From Candidatus Altimarinota bacterium (GTDB taxonomy: Bacteria; Patescibacteriota; Gracilibacteria; UBA4473): DNA of 64,000 nucleotides. The position numbers and the translations under genes are program-made. Numbering within the stretch: the stretch's first letter is position 1; each line of letters begins with the position of its first letter. The stretch spans positions 128,001 to 192,000 of the forward strand of contig OZ246423.1 in assembly GCA_965231215.1 (NCBI GenBank). Direction: 5' to 3'. The notes under the pieces were generated by a model. It saw only the letters and a program-made list of their open reading frames with translations. It ran no database searches and was not told the origin of the DNA. Positions 19,709 to 29,588 of this stretch are shown here, piece after piece.

Positions 19709-20401
19709 ATGAAAAAAATCTGTATACTTTTTTGTATTACACTCTTTCTAGGAGGATGTGGTGACAATCCGCCAGAAACACCAAAATCTGTCACAGTAAC
19801 CCCTGTAGAAACACCCCAAGCCAGCGAAGAAACTCAAGCTGAAACCCCGGAAGAAACCGAGGCTCCTGATACTATTCTCGGAAAAACAGAAAACGAGTGG
19901 ATTACTTGGCATAATGCGCTACAGAGAGAGCTAGAAAACGAAGAACTCATCTGTGAAGCAGGTGAACGAAGCTTTGATCGTGTAGAAGTTCTAGACGTTA
20001 GTGAAGATTCTGAACTCATTCAAATAACCTGTAACGTGTATGCTTACCAAGCTGACTTTATTTACTACCACCACGCCAAAAAAGCTCCATTAGATGAAGA
20101 ATACTTTGGAATTCTATCCTTTGAGGAAATGGTAGGAGAAAAGTTAAGACCTTCTAAAAGACTTGTTGGAGTCTTTTTTGATAAAGAAACCAAGATTTTA
20201 GAATCCATCTCAAAAGGACGAGGTTTGGGGGATTGTGGAACCGCGGCTAAATATCAATGGAATAAAAATTCTGGAAATTTTGAATTAACCGAATACCGCA
20301 AGAAGGCAGACTGTGATGGAGATATAGAAAGTGATTGGCCCGTGGTATACCCATACAAAGGAAATGGAGAGTCCATCTTAAATGACGACCCAAATTCTTA
20401 A
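19709..20401 (+). CDS. Lipoprotein, DUF1176-like
   Basis: Lipobox LGGC; C..YAYQ, KGRGLGDCG, CDG....WP motifs. Confidence 0.7.
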   Translation: MKKICILFCITLFLGGCGDNPPETPKSVTVTPVETPQASEETQAETPEETEAPDTILGKTENEWITWHNALQRELENEELICEAGERSFDRVEVLDVSEDSELIQITCNVYAYQADFIYYHHAKKAPLDEEYFGILSFEEMVGEKLRPSKRLVGVFFDKETKILESISKGRGLGDCGTAAKYQWNKNSGNFELTEYRKKADCDGDIESDWPVVYPYKGNGESILNDDPNS

Positions 20402-20406
20402 TTTCC

Positions 20407-20438
20407 AAAAAAAAGCCTCCACCTTGTGGAAGCTTTTT
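20407..20438. terminator. Bidirectional terminator between convergent genes
   Basis: AAAAAGCCTCCAC-CTT-GTGGAAGCTTTTT. Confidence 0.7.
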
Positions 20439-20443
20439 AAGCC

Positions 20444-23400
20444 TTAATTACGAGCTACTTCTTCCCTGTAGCGTATCAATGAACCTTGAGATTCTTGTCT
20501 GAGCCCTCTTAGTACACTTGCTACCTTAGAAGTGTTTTTAATAATTTTTAGATTTTTTTCTCGACTAATTCGTGAAGGTTTTGGATTAAGGTATGATTTA
20601 CGGGCAAATTTGTCTGTTTTAGCCGCTACATAGTTATTTCGGTTCTGCACAGAAACCACCATATTACCTCTATTAGGTCGAATTATTTTGGGCATTGCTT
20701 TGCCTTTCAGCGCATAAAGACGTCGCATAGATTCATATCTATTAGTTGTGGCTACACTTTTATGCTTTTTAGATTGAGCATTAAGCTTGTTATTTATGGC
20801 GTTATAGTTTTTTTCCACACTCGCCTGGTCTACATCATAACTCTGCCTATGACGTCGGTACCCTCGGTATACGATGGGGACCCGAGAATATTGGTTAAAG
20901 ACCATAATTGATACTTTACCTTTAATGTAACCGGCAAATATCTTATATCCATTTCGGTTCGTGTAGTAGAGAGTTTGTCCTTCTCTTCCCTGGTTAAGGG
21001 TTCTTATAAAATCCATACTTTCTTCATAACTTAAAAATCTTCCAGATCCCAAAGCTTTTTCGGCACGAGTCATCCCAGAAAATCCCCCAGTATGACTTGA
21101 ACCAGCAATAGTAGCAATCCCTACAGGTGAGAACAATGCTGAAGACTTAGTCACCACATTGCCGATATTTTTAACCAAATAAACATTGTTCCCTTGGCCT
21201 ATAATTTCAGCTTCGGGATTGTTACTGCTAAGGCCTGTAATTCGAGCAAAACTAGTAATCTCAATTCCTGCACCAGTATTGGTATAAGTAGCTTCACCCG
21301 AAAAACTATTAACTGTAATTTGGCTTGTTTGCCTTATACCGTTGATACTAAAAGTCTTACTGGTACTCAAAATCACCGCCTGATTTCCTGTTTGAATTTT
21401 ACCAGACTCTACTAAATCTAATTGAGCATTAAAGACAACAGCAGAAGTTCCAATCGTAAGAGATTCTTTGGCAATATAGTGTGTTGGGACTTTAATAACG
21501 TCTATCTTGTATTCTTGTCCAGGAGCTACAGAAGTTGAAAATTCCCCATTAACATCACTCACTACAGTACAAATTTCCCTTCCTGGCTGACAGTATTCAC
21601 CAAATTTAGAAATAATATTAATGTAAGCCCCTTCTATTGGGAGACCGGAATCTTTATCTACTACAGTTCCAGTTGACGACGTTCCATAGGCTTGAGCGTA
21701 AAGTAACTGTTCTCCTGAAGTATTCCCAGCTTTATCAACTGTATTAATGTAGAAGTTATAAACATCACTATCTGGAATAACACTAGCAGGAGTAAAAGTT
21801 CTAGCAGGCAGAACCACTGTACTAGATTCATTAATAGCGGTGTTTGTATTCTCAAACCGAACTTGAAAATTAATCACTCCAGAACCAGCAACTAAATCCA
21901 GAGCATCTAAATCTCCTTCCCCACTCCAGTTAAACACCGCATCGGCAATAGCTTTAAAATTAGCTGTCGCTATCCCTTGAGCATCCAATACCGTGGTAGG
22001 ACTATCTGGAGCCGTACGATCATAAAAAACTGAGGTCCCATCCATAGTGGAAATGATATTCAAGCTGTTATTCCCAGCTAGATCCAAAATATGAATATCA
22101 ATCCCCGCCGTTCCCTCTGGGTCAACCGCATCACCAACAACCGAGGCCGTCCAAACATTTCCAGATGTATTGACAAAAGCTGGCGTTTTTCCAAGCAGTG
22201 TTCCGGTAGGTGTCTGAATCGTTTCTACAGTTTCAAAAGTAAGCGTAAGCGTATCCCCTACTCGAGCATAATAAACCGGTGCATCAGCTATGTATGAATT
22301 CGTAGAAGCCATAGTAACACTCCCTCCAACCAAAGTCGGATTAGTTCTATCAAAAGTCACTGAACTTCCATCAGTTACACCCGTAACTTGAGTTCCTGTA
22401 TTCCCTGCTTGGTCTTGGAAATCAATAGTAAAAGGGGTTAACCCTTCCGTCTCATTTCCATCCGTAAGCAATGACAAAGTCCAGTTATCTCCCGAAGGAT
22501 TAGCCGCTACCCCCGCTTCAGTAAAGAGTGTACCACTAACTCCCGTAAGCGTTTCACTTCCCGTAAAACTTACCGTAACCGTATCATTGGTTTTGGCAAA
22601 AGCTGGGTTTATATTATTAGAGGCAATAGATACTGGATTCAGGGTTGGATCAACCGTATCGGTAAGAATTGGACCTCCCGTAATGGCGCCAAGACTCGTA
22701 ATCGTTGCCGTATTCCCCGCCGCATCTGTTAGGTCAAAATTTACGGTTGGAACCACCGATCCATTATCTCCATCAACGACCGTAAAAATAAGCTGATCAG
22801 AAGTAGAGGCCGTCGCATCCATCTCTTGAGTAAGAGTTGTAATATTAGTTGCCGAACTAGCTGTATTAATCGCTGAAACCGTAGCCGATTCATCAAAATT
22901 AACCGTGAAAGTAACCGATTGTCCTTCACGAGCAAATCCAGGATTTCCATTTGTTGCAATACTAACTGAATCAAGAGAAGGCGCCTGAGTATCAACACTA
23001 AACCCCGTAACATTTAAAGTTGAAGAACTGTTCCCTGTAGCATCGGTCACTATAACCGTACAATTAGTGTGAGGGCCGTCAGGCAAAGTATTAAACGTAA
23101 CCGTATTATTCCCTGAAGAAGCCGCGGTTGTCACACTTGAACAATCTCCTCCATAGCTAATTGTTCCCGCTTCATCTGAACTAAACGTATAATCTGGTGT
23201 ATTGTCATTCGTTAGTGTAGACACTGGAGTAACTTCTGCAACAACAGGCGATGTTGTATCAACTGTGACATTACTAGGGGTCGGAGTATATGGAAAAAGT
23301 GGTGGATTAGTCAGGTCTTCATTAAGTCCATTTTGAAAAGTAATATTCGTCACGCTTACCGTTCCATTTTGTCCGCCCAAAACTGTATAAGTAGCACTAT

Positions 23401-23659
23401 GGGTTGTGCTAGAACCCACTAAAGGAAACGTTGCCGTTAGCCCTGTAGAAGCTCCCACATCAAAGGTAACCACTCCAGTTCCATTAGCATCATCCGAAGC
23501 AGTAAGCGTCAGGGTGAACGTAATGGTATCTCCAGTGGTGGCCAGAGTAGTTGTGACATTATCAGATACCGCCGTCATACTTGAAAAATCAGGCGCCGCA
23601 TACACACTCCCAAGACCCAGAGCCATAAAAGACATCATTCCGAAAGCCAGTTTTTTCAT
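20444..23659 (-). CDS. Large secreted protein with repeated Ig-like domains (DxAGN), a carboxypeptidase-regulatory-like domain and a basic tail
   Basis: Signal peptide MKKLAF...VYA; repeated D[AQLK]AGN and DTxxP motifs; GTVVDKDSGLPIEGA; start codon uncertain (23659-23680). Confidence 0.85.
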   Translation of the reverse strand: MKKLAFGMMSFMALGLGSVYAAPDFSSMTAVSDNVTTTLATTGDTITFTLTLTASDDANGTGVVTFDVGASTGLTATFPLVGSSTTHSATYTVLGGQNGTVSVTNITFQNGLNEDLTNPPLFPYTPTPSNVTVDTTSPVVAEVTPVSTLTNDNTPDYTFSSDEAGTISYGGDCSSVTTAASSGNNTVTFNTLPDGPHTNCTVIVTDATGNSSSTLNVTGFSVDTQAPSLDSVSIATNGNPGFAREGQSVTFTVNFDESATVSAINTASSATNITTLTQEMDATASTSDQLIFTVVDGDNGSVVPTVNFDLTDAAGNTATITSLGAITGGPILTDTVDPTLNPVSIASNNINPAFAKTNDTVTVSFTGSETLTGVSGTLFTEAGVAANPSGDNWTLSLLTDGNETEGLTPFTIDFQDQAGNTGTQVTGVTDGSSVTFDRTNPTLVGGSVTMASTNSYIADAPVYYARVGDTLTLTFETVETIQTPTGTLLGKTPAFVNTSGNVWTASVVGDAVDPEGTAGIDIHILDLAGNNSLNIISTMDGTSVFYDRTAPDSPTTVLDAQGIATANFKAIADAVFNWSGEGDLDALDLVAGSGVINFQVRFENTNTAINESSTVVLPARTFTPASVIPDSDVYNFYINTVDKAGNTSGEQLLYAQAYGTSSTGTVVDKDSGLPIEGAYINIISKFGEYCQPGREICTVVSDVNGEFSTSVAPGQEYKIDVIKVPTHYIAKESLTIGTSAVVFNAQLDLVESGKIQTGNQAVILSTSKTFSINGIRQTSQITVNSFSGEATYTNTGAGIEITSFARITGLSSNNPEAEIIGQGNNVYLVKNIGNVVTKSSALFSPVGIATIAGSSHTGGFSGMTRAEKALGSGRFLSYEESMDFIRTLNQGREGQTLYYTNRNGYKIFAGYIKGKVSIMVFNQYSRVPIVYRGYRRHRQSYDVDQASVEKNYNAINNKLNAQSKKHKSVATTNRYESMRRLYALKGKAMPKIIRPNRGNMVVSVQNRNNYVAAKTDKFARKSYLNPKPSRISREKNLKIIKNTSKVASVLRGLRQESQGSLIRYREEVARN

Positions 23660-24037
23660 ACAGTTCATTACCAGATTCAAGACATAAATCAGATTATAAT
23701 AACATATATTTTACAAAATTTCAATAATATTGTTATGTAGTCAAGAATGCCATCAGGCGATTTGATAAAGGCTATATATCTATCGCGTGGTGGATTACTC
23801 AGTACGAGTATGACAAAAAAGTGACTCCCCTTCTGCGTATAAGACCTCAGCAAGAAGGTGATTACTTTCTTTAAGATTTAAACTTTTTGGGCTTCATAAA
23901 TCATTTTGTTTTATCATTTTTTGAATGATTTTGCAATGCTCCAAACAACTACATTTCGCACTATTCTTAAAATAAACACTTGCACTATTTTACTTTTACT
24001 AATAAAATTAAAATAAATACGGTTTTAATTTTACTTT

Positions 24038-25162
24038 ATGCACAACTTTACCGCAGGCAGGTACCAACAGCAGTACGAATATAAAAGCTTTTCACCGAGT
24101 TTGATGGCTGAACTCAACTTTAACTGGAAGAGCGATAAAACCGTGCAAATGCTAGCTGAAGCCAATCGTTATTTAGGCGAACTGAATGCTTCGTCACAAT
24201 TTGTGCCAGACATCGATTTTTTCATCGAGATGCACATTATCAAAGAAGCCACGACTTCTAGCCGTATTGAAGGCACAAAAACAGAAATAGATGAAGCCGT
24301 GCAGCCTGAAGACAACATTACTCCCGAAAAACGAGACGACTGGCAGGAAGTTAAAAACTACATTCAGGTAATGAATGAAGCGATTGTAGATTTAGAAGAA
24401 CTACCACTTTCAATGCGACTGATTAAAAAGGCTCATAAAACTTTGCTTTCAGGGGTTCGTGGTCACGGCAAAGCCGCTGGTGAAGTCCGTAAAAGCCAGA
24501 ACTGGATTGGTGGAGCGAGTCTTAAAACGGCTTCGTTTATCCCACCACACCACAATGAACTGAAAGAGCTTTTAAGCGATTTAGAAAAGTTTTGGCATCG
24601 CAGCGACTTACCTGAGCTCATTCGGATTGCCATTGCCCATTACCAGTTTGAAACCATCCATCCTTTTTTAGATGGTAACGGTCGAACGGGGCGAATGATT
24701 ATGACGCTCCATTTAGTAGATTTAGGCATTTTAGCCCGTCCAACACTGTATTTATCAGAATTTTTAGCGAGTCACCGCCAAGCCTACTTTGATGCCCTAA
24801 TGATGGCACGAGAAAGTAATAACCTTGAACACTGGCTCAACTTCTTTTTAGAAGGCGTGATTCAAACCAGTAAAAAAGGAAAACAGACCTTTGCTTCTAT
24901 TGTAAAACTTCGCCAACAATACGAAGAGAAACTATTGGTATTTGGTAAGCGTGCTACTACTTATCAAAAGCTGGTGTATCGTTTGTTTCAGAATCCCATT
25001 ATTTCGCCCCGAGAAACTGAAGCTTTTTTAGAAGTCTCGCCTCGTACAGCTAATAAAATGCTCCGAGATTTAGAAGCAATTGGCATCTTGAGTGAAATTT
25101 CACAAAGCCAGCGTAACCGCTCTTATGCCCTACACGATTACATTCAGCTTTTTAAAAATTAA
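24038..25162 (+). CDS. Fic family protein with N-terminal inhibitory motif and C-terminal HTH
   Basis: HPFLDGNGRTGR catalytic loop; SSRIEG motif. Confidence 0.95.
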   Translation: MHNFTAGRYQQQYEYKSFSPSLMAELNFNWKSDKTVQMLAEANRYLGELNASSQFVPDIDFFIEMHIIKEATTSSRIEGTKTEIDEAVQPEDNITPEKRDDWQEVKNYIQVMNEAIVDLEELPLSMRLIKKAHKTLLSGVRGHGKAAGEVRKSQNWIGGASLKTASFIPPHHNELKELLSDLEKFWHRSDLPELIRIAIAHYQFETIHPFLDGNGRTGRMIMTLHLVDLGILARPTLYLSEFLASHRQAYFDALMMARESNNLEHWLNFFLEGVIQTSKKGKQTFASIVKLRQQYEEKLLVFGKRATTYQKLVYRLFQNPIISPRETEAFLEVSPRTANKMLRDLEAIGILSEISQSQRNRSYALHDYIQLFKN

Positions 25163-25165
25163 GCG

Positions 25166-25454
25166 ATGAAGGACTACAACTACTTTCAACTTCAACGACA
25201 AAGTGACAATTTAGTTTACAAATTTGATAAAGCTAAGCTTCCAAACAGCGAAAAAATACGCCCTATCAAACAACAGATAAAAGACCAAGAACTCAGTCTC
25301 AGATTCAATAAATGGTTAGAGCCAATTGAAAAGGAGAAAGAAAATATTGAATGAGAATTTAAAAGGTTAGAACCAAAGAAAAACCGCTCTAGGATTAATC
25401 AGAACGGCTATTGCAAGGATAAGTTTTCAAGTTGGTACACGCGGAGGGATTACT
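25166..25454 (+). pseudogene. Chimeric remnant; distal part resembles the C-terminus of a tRNA-overlapping site-specific recombinase
   Basis: Frame continues past TGA 25352-54: IKDQELSLRFNKWLEPIEKEKENIE*EFKRLEPKKNRSRINQNGYCKDKFSSWYTRRDY, running into the tRNA 3' duplicate; family recognised from memory only. Confidence 0.5.
25433..25451 (-). repeat. 19 bp duplicate of the tRNA-Arg 3' end (att-like)
   Basis: TGGTACACGCGGAGGGATT identical to 25976-25994. Confidence 0.9.
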
Positions 25455-25520
25455 CGCTTCGCTCGTGACGGTGTATCGAACCCCGCGCTTCGCGCTGATG
25501 GGGTTCTAATCCCTCATAAA

Positions 25521-25567
25521 ATCAAAAAACCTCAGACCTAAAGGTCTAAGATTTTTTGATGGTACAC
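25521..25567. repeat. Terminator-like hairpin followed by a second, shorter tRNA 3' end copy
   Basis: ATCAAAAAA..AGACC-TAAA-GGTCT..TTTTTTGAT, then ATGGTACAC (25559-25567) identical to 25975-25983. Confidence 0.6.
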
Positions 25568-25672
25568 CCTACGAAACAGATTACGAACTTTTCATAATTT
25601 TTGGGTGAGCAGGAAAGAGCAGGTTGAGTTTCTTGATTTGACAAAATAGAAAAAAAATAATAAAAGAGGTTT

Positions 25673-25903
25673 ATGGAAAAAGGTAAATGTGAACGCTTAG
25701 AAGAAATTCTAAATCTGAAAAAAGGATTAGAAGACAATTCTACGACTCTAGCAAAAGCTGCTACTACAGGTCAAGTCCTTGAACCAGCTCTAGCAAATGT
25801 AACTTTGGATCTAGCTTCAGACATACGTTCGAAATTAGCGAATCTTATTTTAGCTTATCGAAGGGATTTTGGTGAAAATCCCTACAAGATTTTAAGCAAA
25901 TAA
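25673..25903 (+). CDS. Hypothetical 76 aa protein within the tRNA islet
   Basis: ORF with upstream TTGACA and GAGG. Confidence 0.55.
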   Translation: MEKGKCERLEEILNLKKGLEDNSTTLAKAATTGQVLEPALANVTLDLASDIRSKLANLILAYRRDFGENPYKILSK

Positions 25904-25922
25904 GTTTATTTTTTGTAACGAA

Positions 25923-25958
25923 GAAAAAGAGTCTAGATCTGATCTAAACTCTTTTTTG
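25923..25958 (-). terminator. Terminator downstream of tRNA-Arg
   Basis: AAAAAGAGTCTAGATC-T-GATCTAAACTCTTTTTT inverted repeat. Confidence 0.7.
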
Positions 25959-25975
25959 AACAAATAATTTATTCA

Positions 25976-26052
25976 TGGTACACGCGGAGGGATTCGAACC
26001 CCCGACACCCGGTTCCGAAGACCGGTGCTCTATCCAGCTGAGCTACGCGTGC
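25976..26052 (-). tRNA. tRNA-Arg (anticodon UCG)
   Basis: Reverse complement GCACGCG TAGCTCAGCTGGATAGAGC A CCGGT CTTCGGA ACCGG ... GGTTCGAATCC ... CGCGTGT A CCA. Confidence 0.96.
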
Positions 26053-26338
26053 ACTGTTATTAGTAATTTTGCTACTGCATTTTTTGGCTCCTCACAAAAA
26101 CATCATCTTTGACTACACTGTTTTTGTTAAGTCAAACTGCAAATAGCTGCGCGATTGTATTGAGGATGATACTTTGAATCAAGTTTTTTCTTCTTTAATC
26201 ACTTTTTGGTGAGGCTAAAAAAAAGCTTAAAAAAGTGCCTATCTGTGTACATCCGTGAGAAAATCTCAAGTTTTTCAGTACGACGACACTTTTAATTTTA
26301 GGCCAAATATGGTACAATGGCGGGATTTATTTACCTTT

Positions 26339-28405
26339 ATGCGAAAAATTTTTGAATTTATTTTGTTTGTTATAGGAATTTTGGTGGGATTCTTCCTTGG
26401 ATCGCATCAAAAAGGGAAACCTTCACTCAAACCTCTCCCTGCAGGTTTTAGTCTACAAAAAATCAGCAAACCGCGTACCAATATTTGGAACTTTTTCCGC
26501 CAAAATCCTACCACTATAGGCCTTATCACCTTAGCGGGGATGATGCTTTTTGCGGGAGATTATTTGGACAAATACAGCTTCCTTTTCAAAGCCAGCCTAT
26601 TAAACCTCCCCGAAACTGAATTTACAGGAACTACTACGCCTGTAACTCACGTTCCTAAATGGACAGAGCTCACCGCCGAAGAAAGAATGAAGCCCTTTGA
26701 TCAAATTCCAAAATCAAAAATTATACCTCTTCCTGAATACAACCTCCTCGCTATGAGGAACGGAAAAGAATGGAAACCTGACAACGAAGTAGAACGAAAT
26801 ACGTATGTCACTTACCCCGTACCGAATCTAGGAAATTATCGCCTAGACGGAACTGAAAACAGCGGCTCTCATCCAGGAATCGATATCAAAATTCCTATTG
26901 GAACCCCTATTCACTCAGTGGCTAACGGCATTGTGTACAAAGTCGGAAACCTTTCCACTGGTTTTGGGAAATCTGTATCAGTAGCACATATCAACATCCC
27001 AGACCCTCGAAATTCAAGTCAAAAAGTAACTCTTGTTTCTACCTATGCTCATCTGTCAAAAACAGAAGTTAAAGAAGGGGACGCTGTACAAAAAGGACAA
27101 AGAATAGGCCTTTCTGGAGACACTGGATTTGCTACCACTCCACATCTACACTTTCAAATTGATCGATCTGATGCTCCATTCATCCCCTACTGGCCCTTTA
27201 GTTGGAACGAGGTTCAAAATGCTGGATATAGCTCATTTTTTGACGCTGTAAAAAACGGACTCGGAAAACACAAAGCCGTTAAATACACTGAACACCCCAT
27301 AAATTTTATTGCTAAATATCAAAACTACATTGATGAAAAAAATCTCGTAGTACTCGACAGCAGCAAAGTTCCTGAAACTCGAGAAGACAACCGAATCATC
27401 AAAGAAGAGACGCCAAAATCAAGCGCTCCCAAACCAACTAATCCAAATAATGTTGAGTTAGTGGAAGTCGCGCCAGATTTTTCGGAAGCTTCACCCCAAG
27501 CCCCTGAAAGTCAAAACACCACCAATCCAACTCAGGTAGAAATTGTACCTGAAGCCCAGGTAGAAAATCGCCAAATCCGTAAGCGAGGCCAGCTCACTAT
27601 CGAGTTTGATACAGATAAAAGTTATGTCCCAGGTGAGAAAAAAATAGTAAAAATCAAAGTAAATGAAGCCGCACTAGTCGCAAGTGCAGGCATTGAACTC
27701 TCTTCAACCTTGAAAAACCGCGCCTGGATAACCCCAAACACTTTAAATTCTGATGACTTTATAAATGGAGCAGCCGAAGTAGTGGTAGAAACTCAGAGCG
27801 AATACCCATTCCGAATTATTGCTGAAGGTGATTTTGGGACAGTAAAATCAGACCGCCTTCGTCCAGAGATCTTCGCCGACGTCTCAGGAAATCATACCTA
27901 CAGTGAAGCTATTAAATTTCTAAAAGAAAATAAAGTCGTACAAGGCTACGGTGATGGAACCTTCAAACCAGACAACACCCTCAACCGAGCTGAAGCCCTC
28001 AAACTCATCCTTGAGGCCAATGAAATCCAAACTTCAGAACAAGAACACCCTTTCCCGGATATAGAGAAAGGCACTTGGTTTATGAAATATGTGAGTACCG
28101 CCTTCAAAAGATCAATCGTAAAAGGCTACGGTGACGGAAATTTCAAACCAGGCAACACTGTTAGCCGAGCTGAGTTTATAAAAATGGCTATCGCCACACG
28201 TGGTTTTGAGCCAACAACAGACTTTACCAGCGATCCTTACGATGACGTAAAAAAAGATCTTTGGTATGCCAAATACTTCCACTTTGCTAAAACCCATAGC
28301 CTTCTCCGGCTTAAAAAAGGCGGATTTATGGTACCAAATAATCCTATTACTAGAGGAGAAGCCGCTGATGTGATCTACAAATTATCTAAAATTAACAAAC
28401 GTTAA
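26339..28405 (+). CDS. M23 family peptidase with three C-terminal SLH domains
   Basis: HPGID, YAHL, PHLHF; FADV..GYGDGTFKPDNTLNRAE repeats; ATG 26339 preferred. Confidence 0.92.
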   Translation: MRKIFEFILFVIGILVGFFLGSHQKGKPSLKPLPAGFSLQKISKPRTNIWNFFRQNPTTIGLITLAGMMLFAGDYLDKYSFLFKASLLNLPETEFTGTTTPVTHVPKWTELTAEERMKPFDQIPKSKIIPLPEYNLLAMRNGKEWKPDNEVERNTYVTYPVPNLGNYRLDGTENSGSHPGIDIKIPIGTPIHSVANGIVYKVGNLSTGFGKSVSVAHINIPDPRNSSQKVTLVSTYAHLSKTEVKEGDAVQKGQRIGLSGDTGFATTPHLHFQIDRSDAPFIPYWPFSWNEVQNAGYSSFFDAVKNGLGKHKAVKYTEHPINFIAKYQNYIDEKNLVVLDSSKVPETREDNRIIKEETPKSSAPKPTNPNNVELVEVAPDFSEASPQAPESQNTTNPTQVEIVPEAQVENRQIRKRGQLTIEFDTDKSYVPGEKKIVKIKVNEAALVASAGIELSSTLKNRAWITPNTLNSDDFINGAAEVVVETQSEYPFRIIAEGDFGTVKSDRLRPEIFADVSGNHTYSEAIKFLKENKVVQGYGDGTFKPDNTLNRAEALKLILEANEIQTSEQEHPFPDIEKGTWFMKYVSTAFKRSIVKGYGDGNFKPGNTVSRAEFIKMAIATRGFEPTTDFTSDPYDDVKKDLWYAKYFHFAKTHSLLRLKKGGFMVPNNPITRGEAADVIYKLSKINKR

Positions 28406-28529
28406 TAGGCATTCTGATGCTTCGATTGTTTATGTAAAATTATTTGCCTCACAATGACATAAATTTAGTTTTAAAAATTTATAAAAAAATAATTTGCAAA
28501 AAAAGCAAATTTTGGTAAAAAAATCCTAG

Positions 28530-29432
28530 ATGAAATCATTTTTTCTAGGTTTATTTTTTCTTTCCAGTATCGCTATTACGGGTCTCCAGGCACAAAACCT
28601 GGAATACGAAGTCATTCGCACCCATGAAGCCCCTGGGTTTTTTGCCGTTCGAGTTTTCCCAGGAGAAGGCCTCAAGCCCCTCTCAATTGAAAATGTATTC
28701 GTTGAAAACTTTCACAGCAAACGTGACAGAAAAAAATATTCCCCACTCCTCAAAACACTTAAAGAAAGTGGGGCTATTGTAGTACCCAGCAAAGAAGGTC
28801 TAGACTACACTAACAAATCAGAATTCCGAATCGTACTAATCGGAGGCCCAAAACAAAATCAATTTTTACAATTTCGATTACTAAAAGGACAACCTCTGGA
28901 TGAAGCGTTCAAAACCTTTAACGCAGAAAACCTTGGCGCCGTTTACCTGCTCAACCTAAAACCTCATTTTGGTGGAAATATTTCAGATGTTCTTCCTGAA
29001 GAAATCCCCTATTTAGGTGAACGATCTGGCTACTTTATCGGAAAATTTGATAAAGAACAAAAAACCAAAATGCACCTTACCGGCACCCATGATGAATTTG
29101 ATCTAGAAGCCGACACTGCCTTAAACTTGGAAAAATACAATCCACATGAAGCCGTCCTGGCCCTGCCATTCATTTGGGAAAAATTAAAATTCCCCAAAAC
29201 CATGGACGAGGCCAAATCCAGCCCCTGGGTTATTGGCGCCTTTCCATTTTTATTAGTCATTATCGGACTAGGGTTTATTGCGTATTCCATATTTGGATTC
29301 CGAAAGCAAAAACAAACCACTAACACAGATCTGATTGATGACAAGTTTTGGCACACCCCCATTGAAGAAACTCCACTCTACAAAAACTGGGAAAAAGACC
29401 TACCCTTTGAAATAGAAAGTGAAAAACACTAA
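28530..29432 (+). CDS. Hypothetical secreted protein with C-terminal TM anchor
   Basis: Signal peptide ending LQA, TM near residues 235-257. Confidence 0.75.
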   Translation: MKSFFLGLFFLSSIAITGLQAQNLEYEVIRTHEAPGFFAVRVFPGEGLKPLSIENVFVENFHSKRDRKKYSPLLKTLKESGAIVVPSKEGLDYTNKSEFRIVLIGGPKQNQFLQFRLLKGQPLDEAFKTFNAENLGAVYLLNLKPHFGGNISDVLPEEIPYLGERSGYFIGKFDKEQKTKMHLTGTHDEFDLEADTALNLEKYNPHEAVLALPFIWEKLKFPKTMDEAKSSPWVIGAFPFLLVIIGLGFIAYSIFGFRKQKQTTNTDLIDDKFWHTPIEETPLYKNWEKDLPFEIESEKH

Positions 29433-29588
29433 GGTCTTTTATTCAGAAAGCTTCTGTTACCGACACCTGTGTCATCATCTTTTGCACCCTCAAAACATCC
29501 TTTGAAAATCTGCTTAAACGGGAATACTTTCATTTTTAGCAAACCGCTCAAACTCAGGCAAACCCACACAATCTTGGAACCCTCGGCC

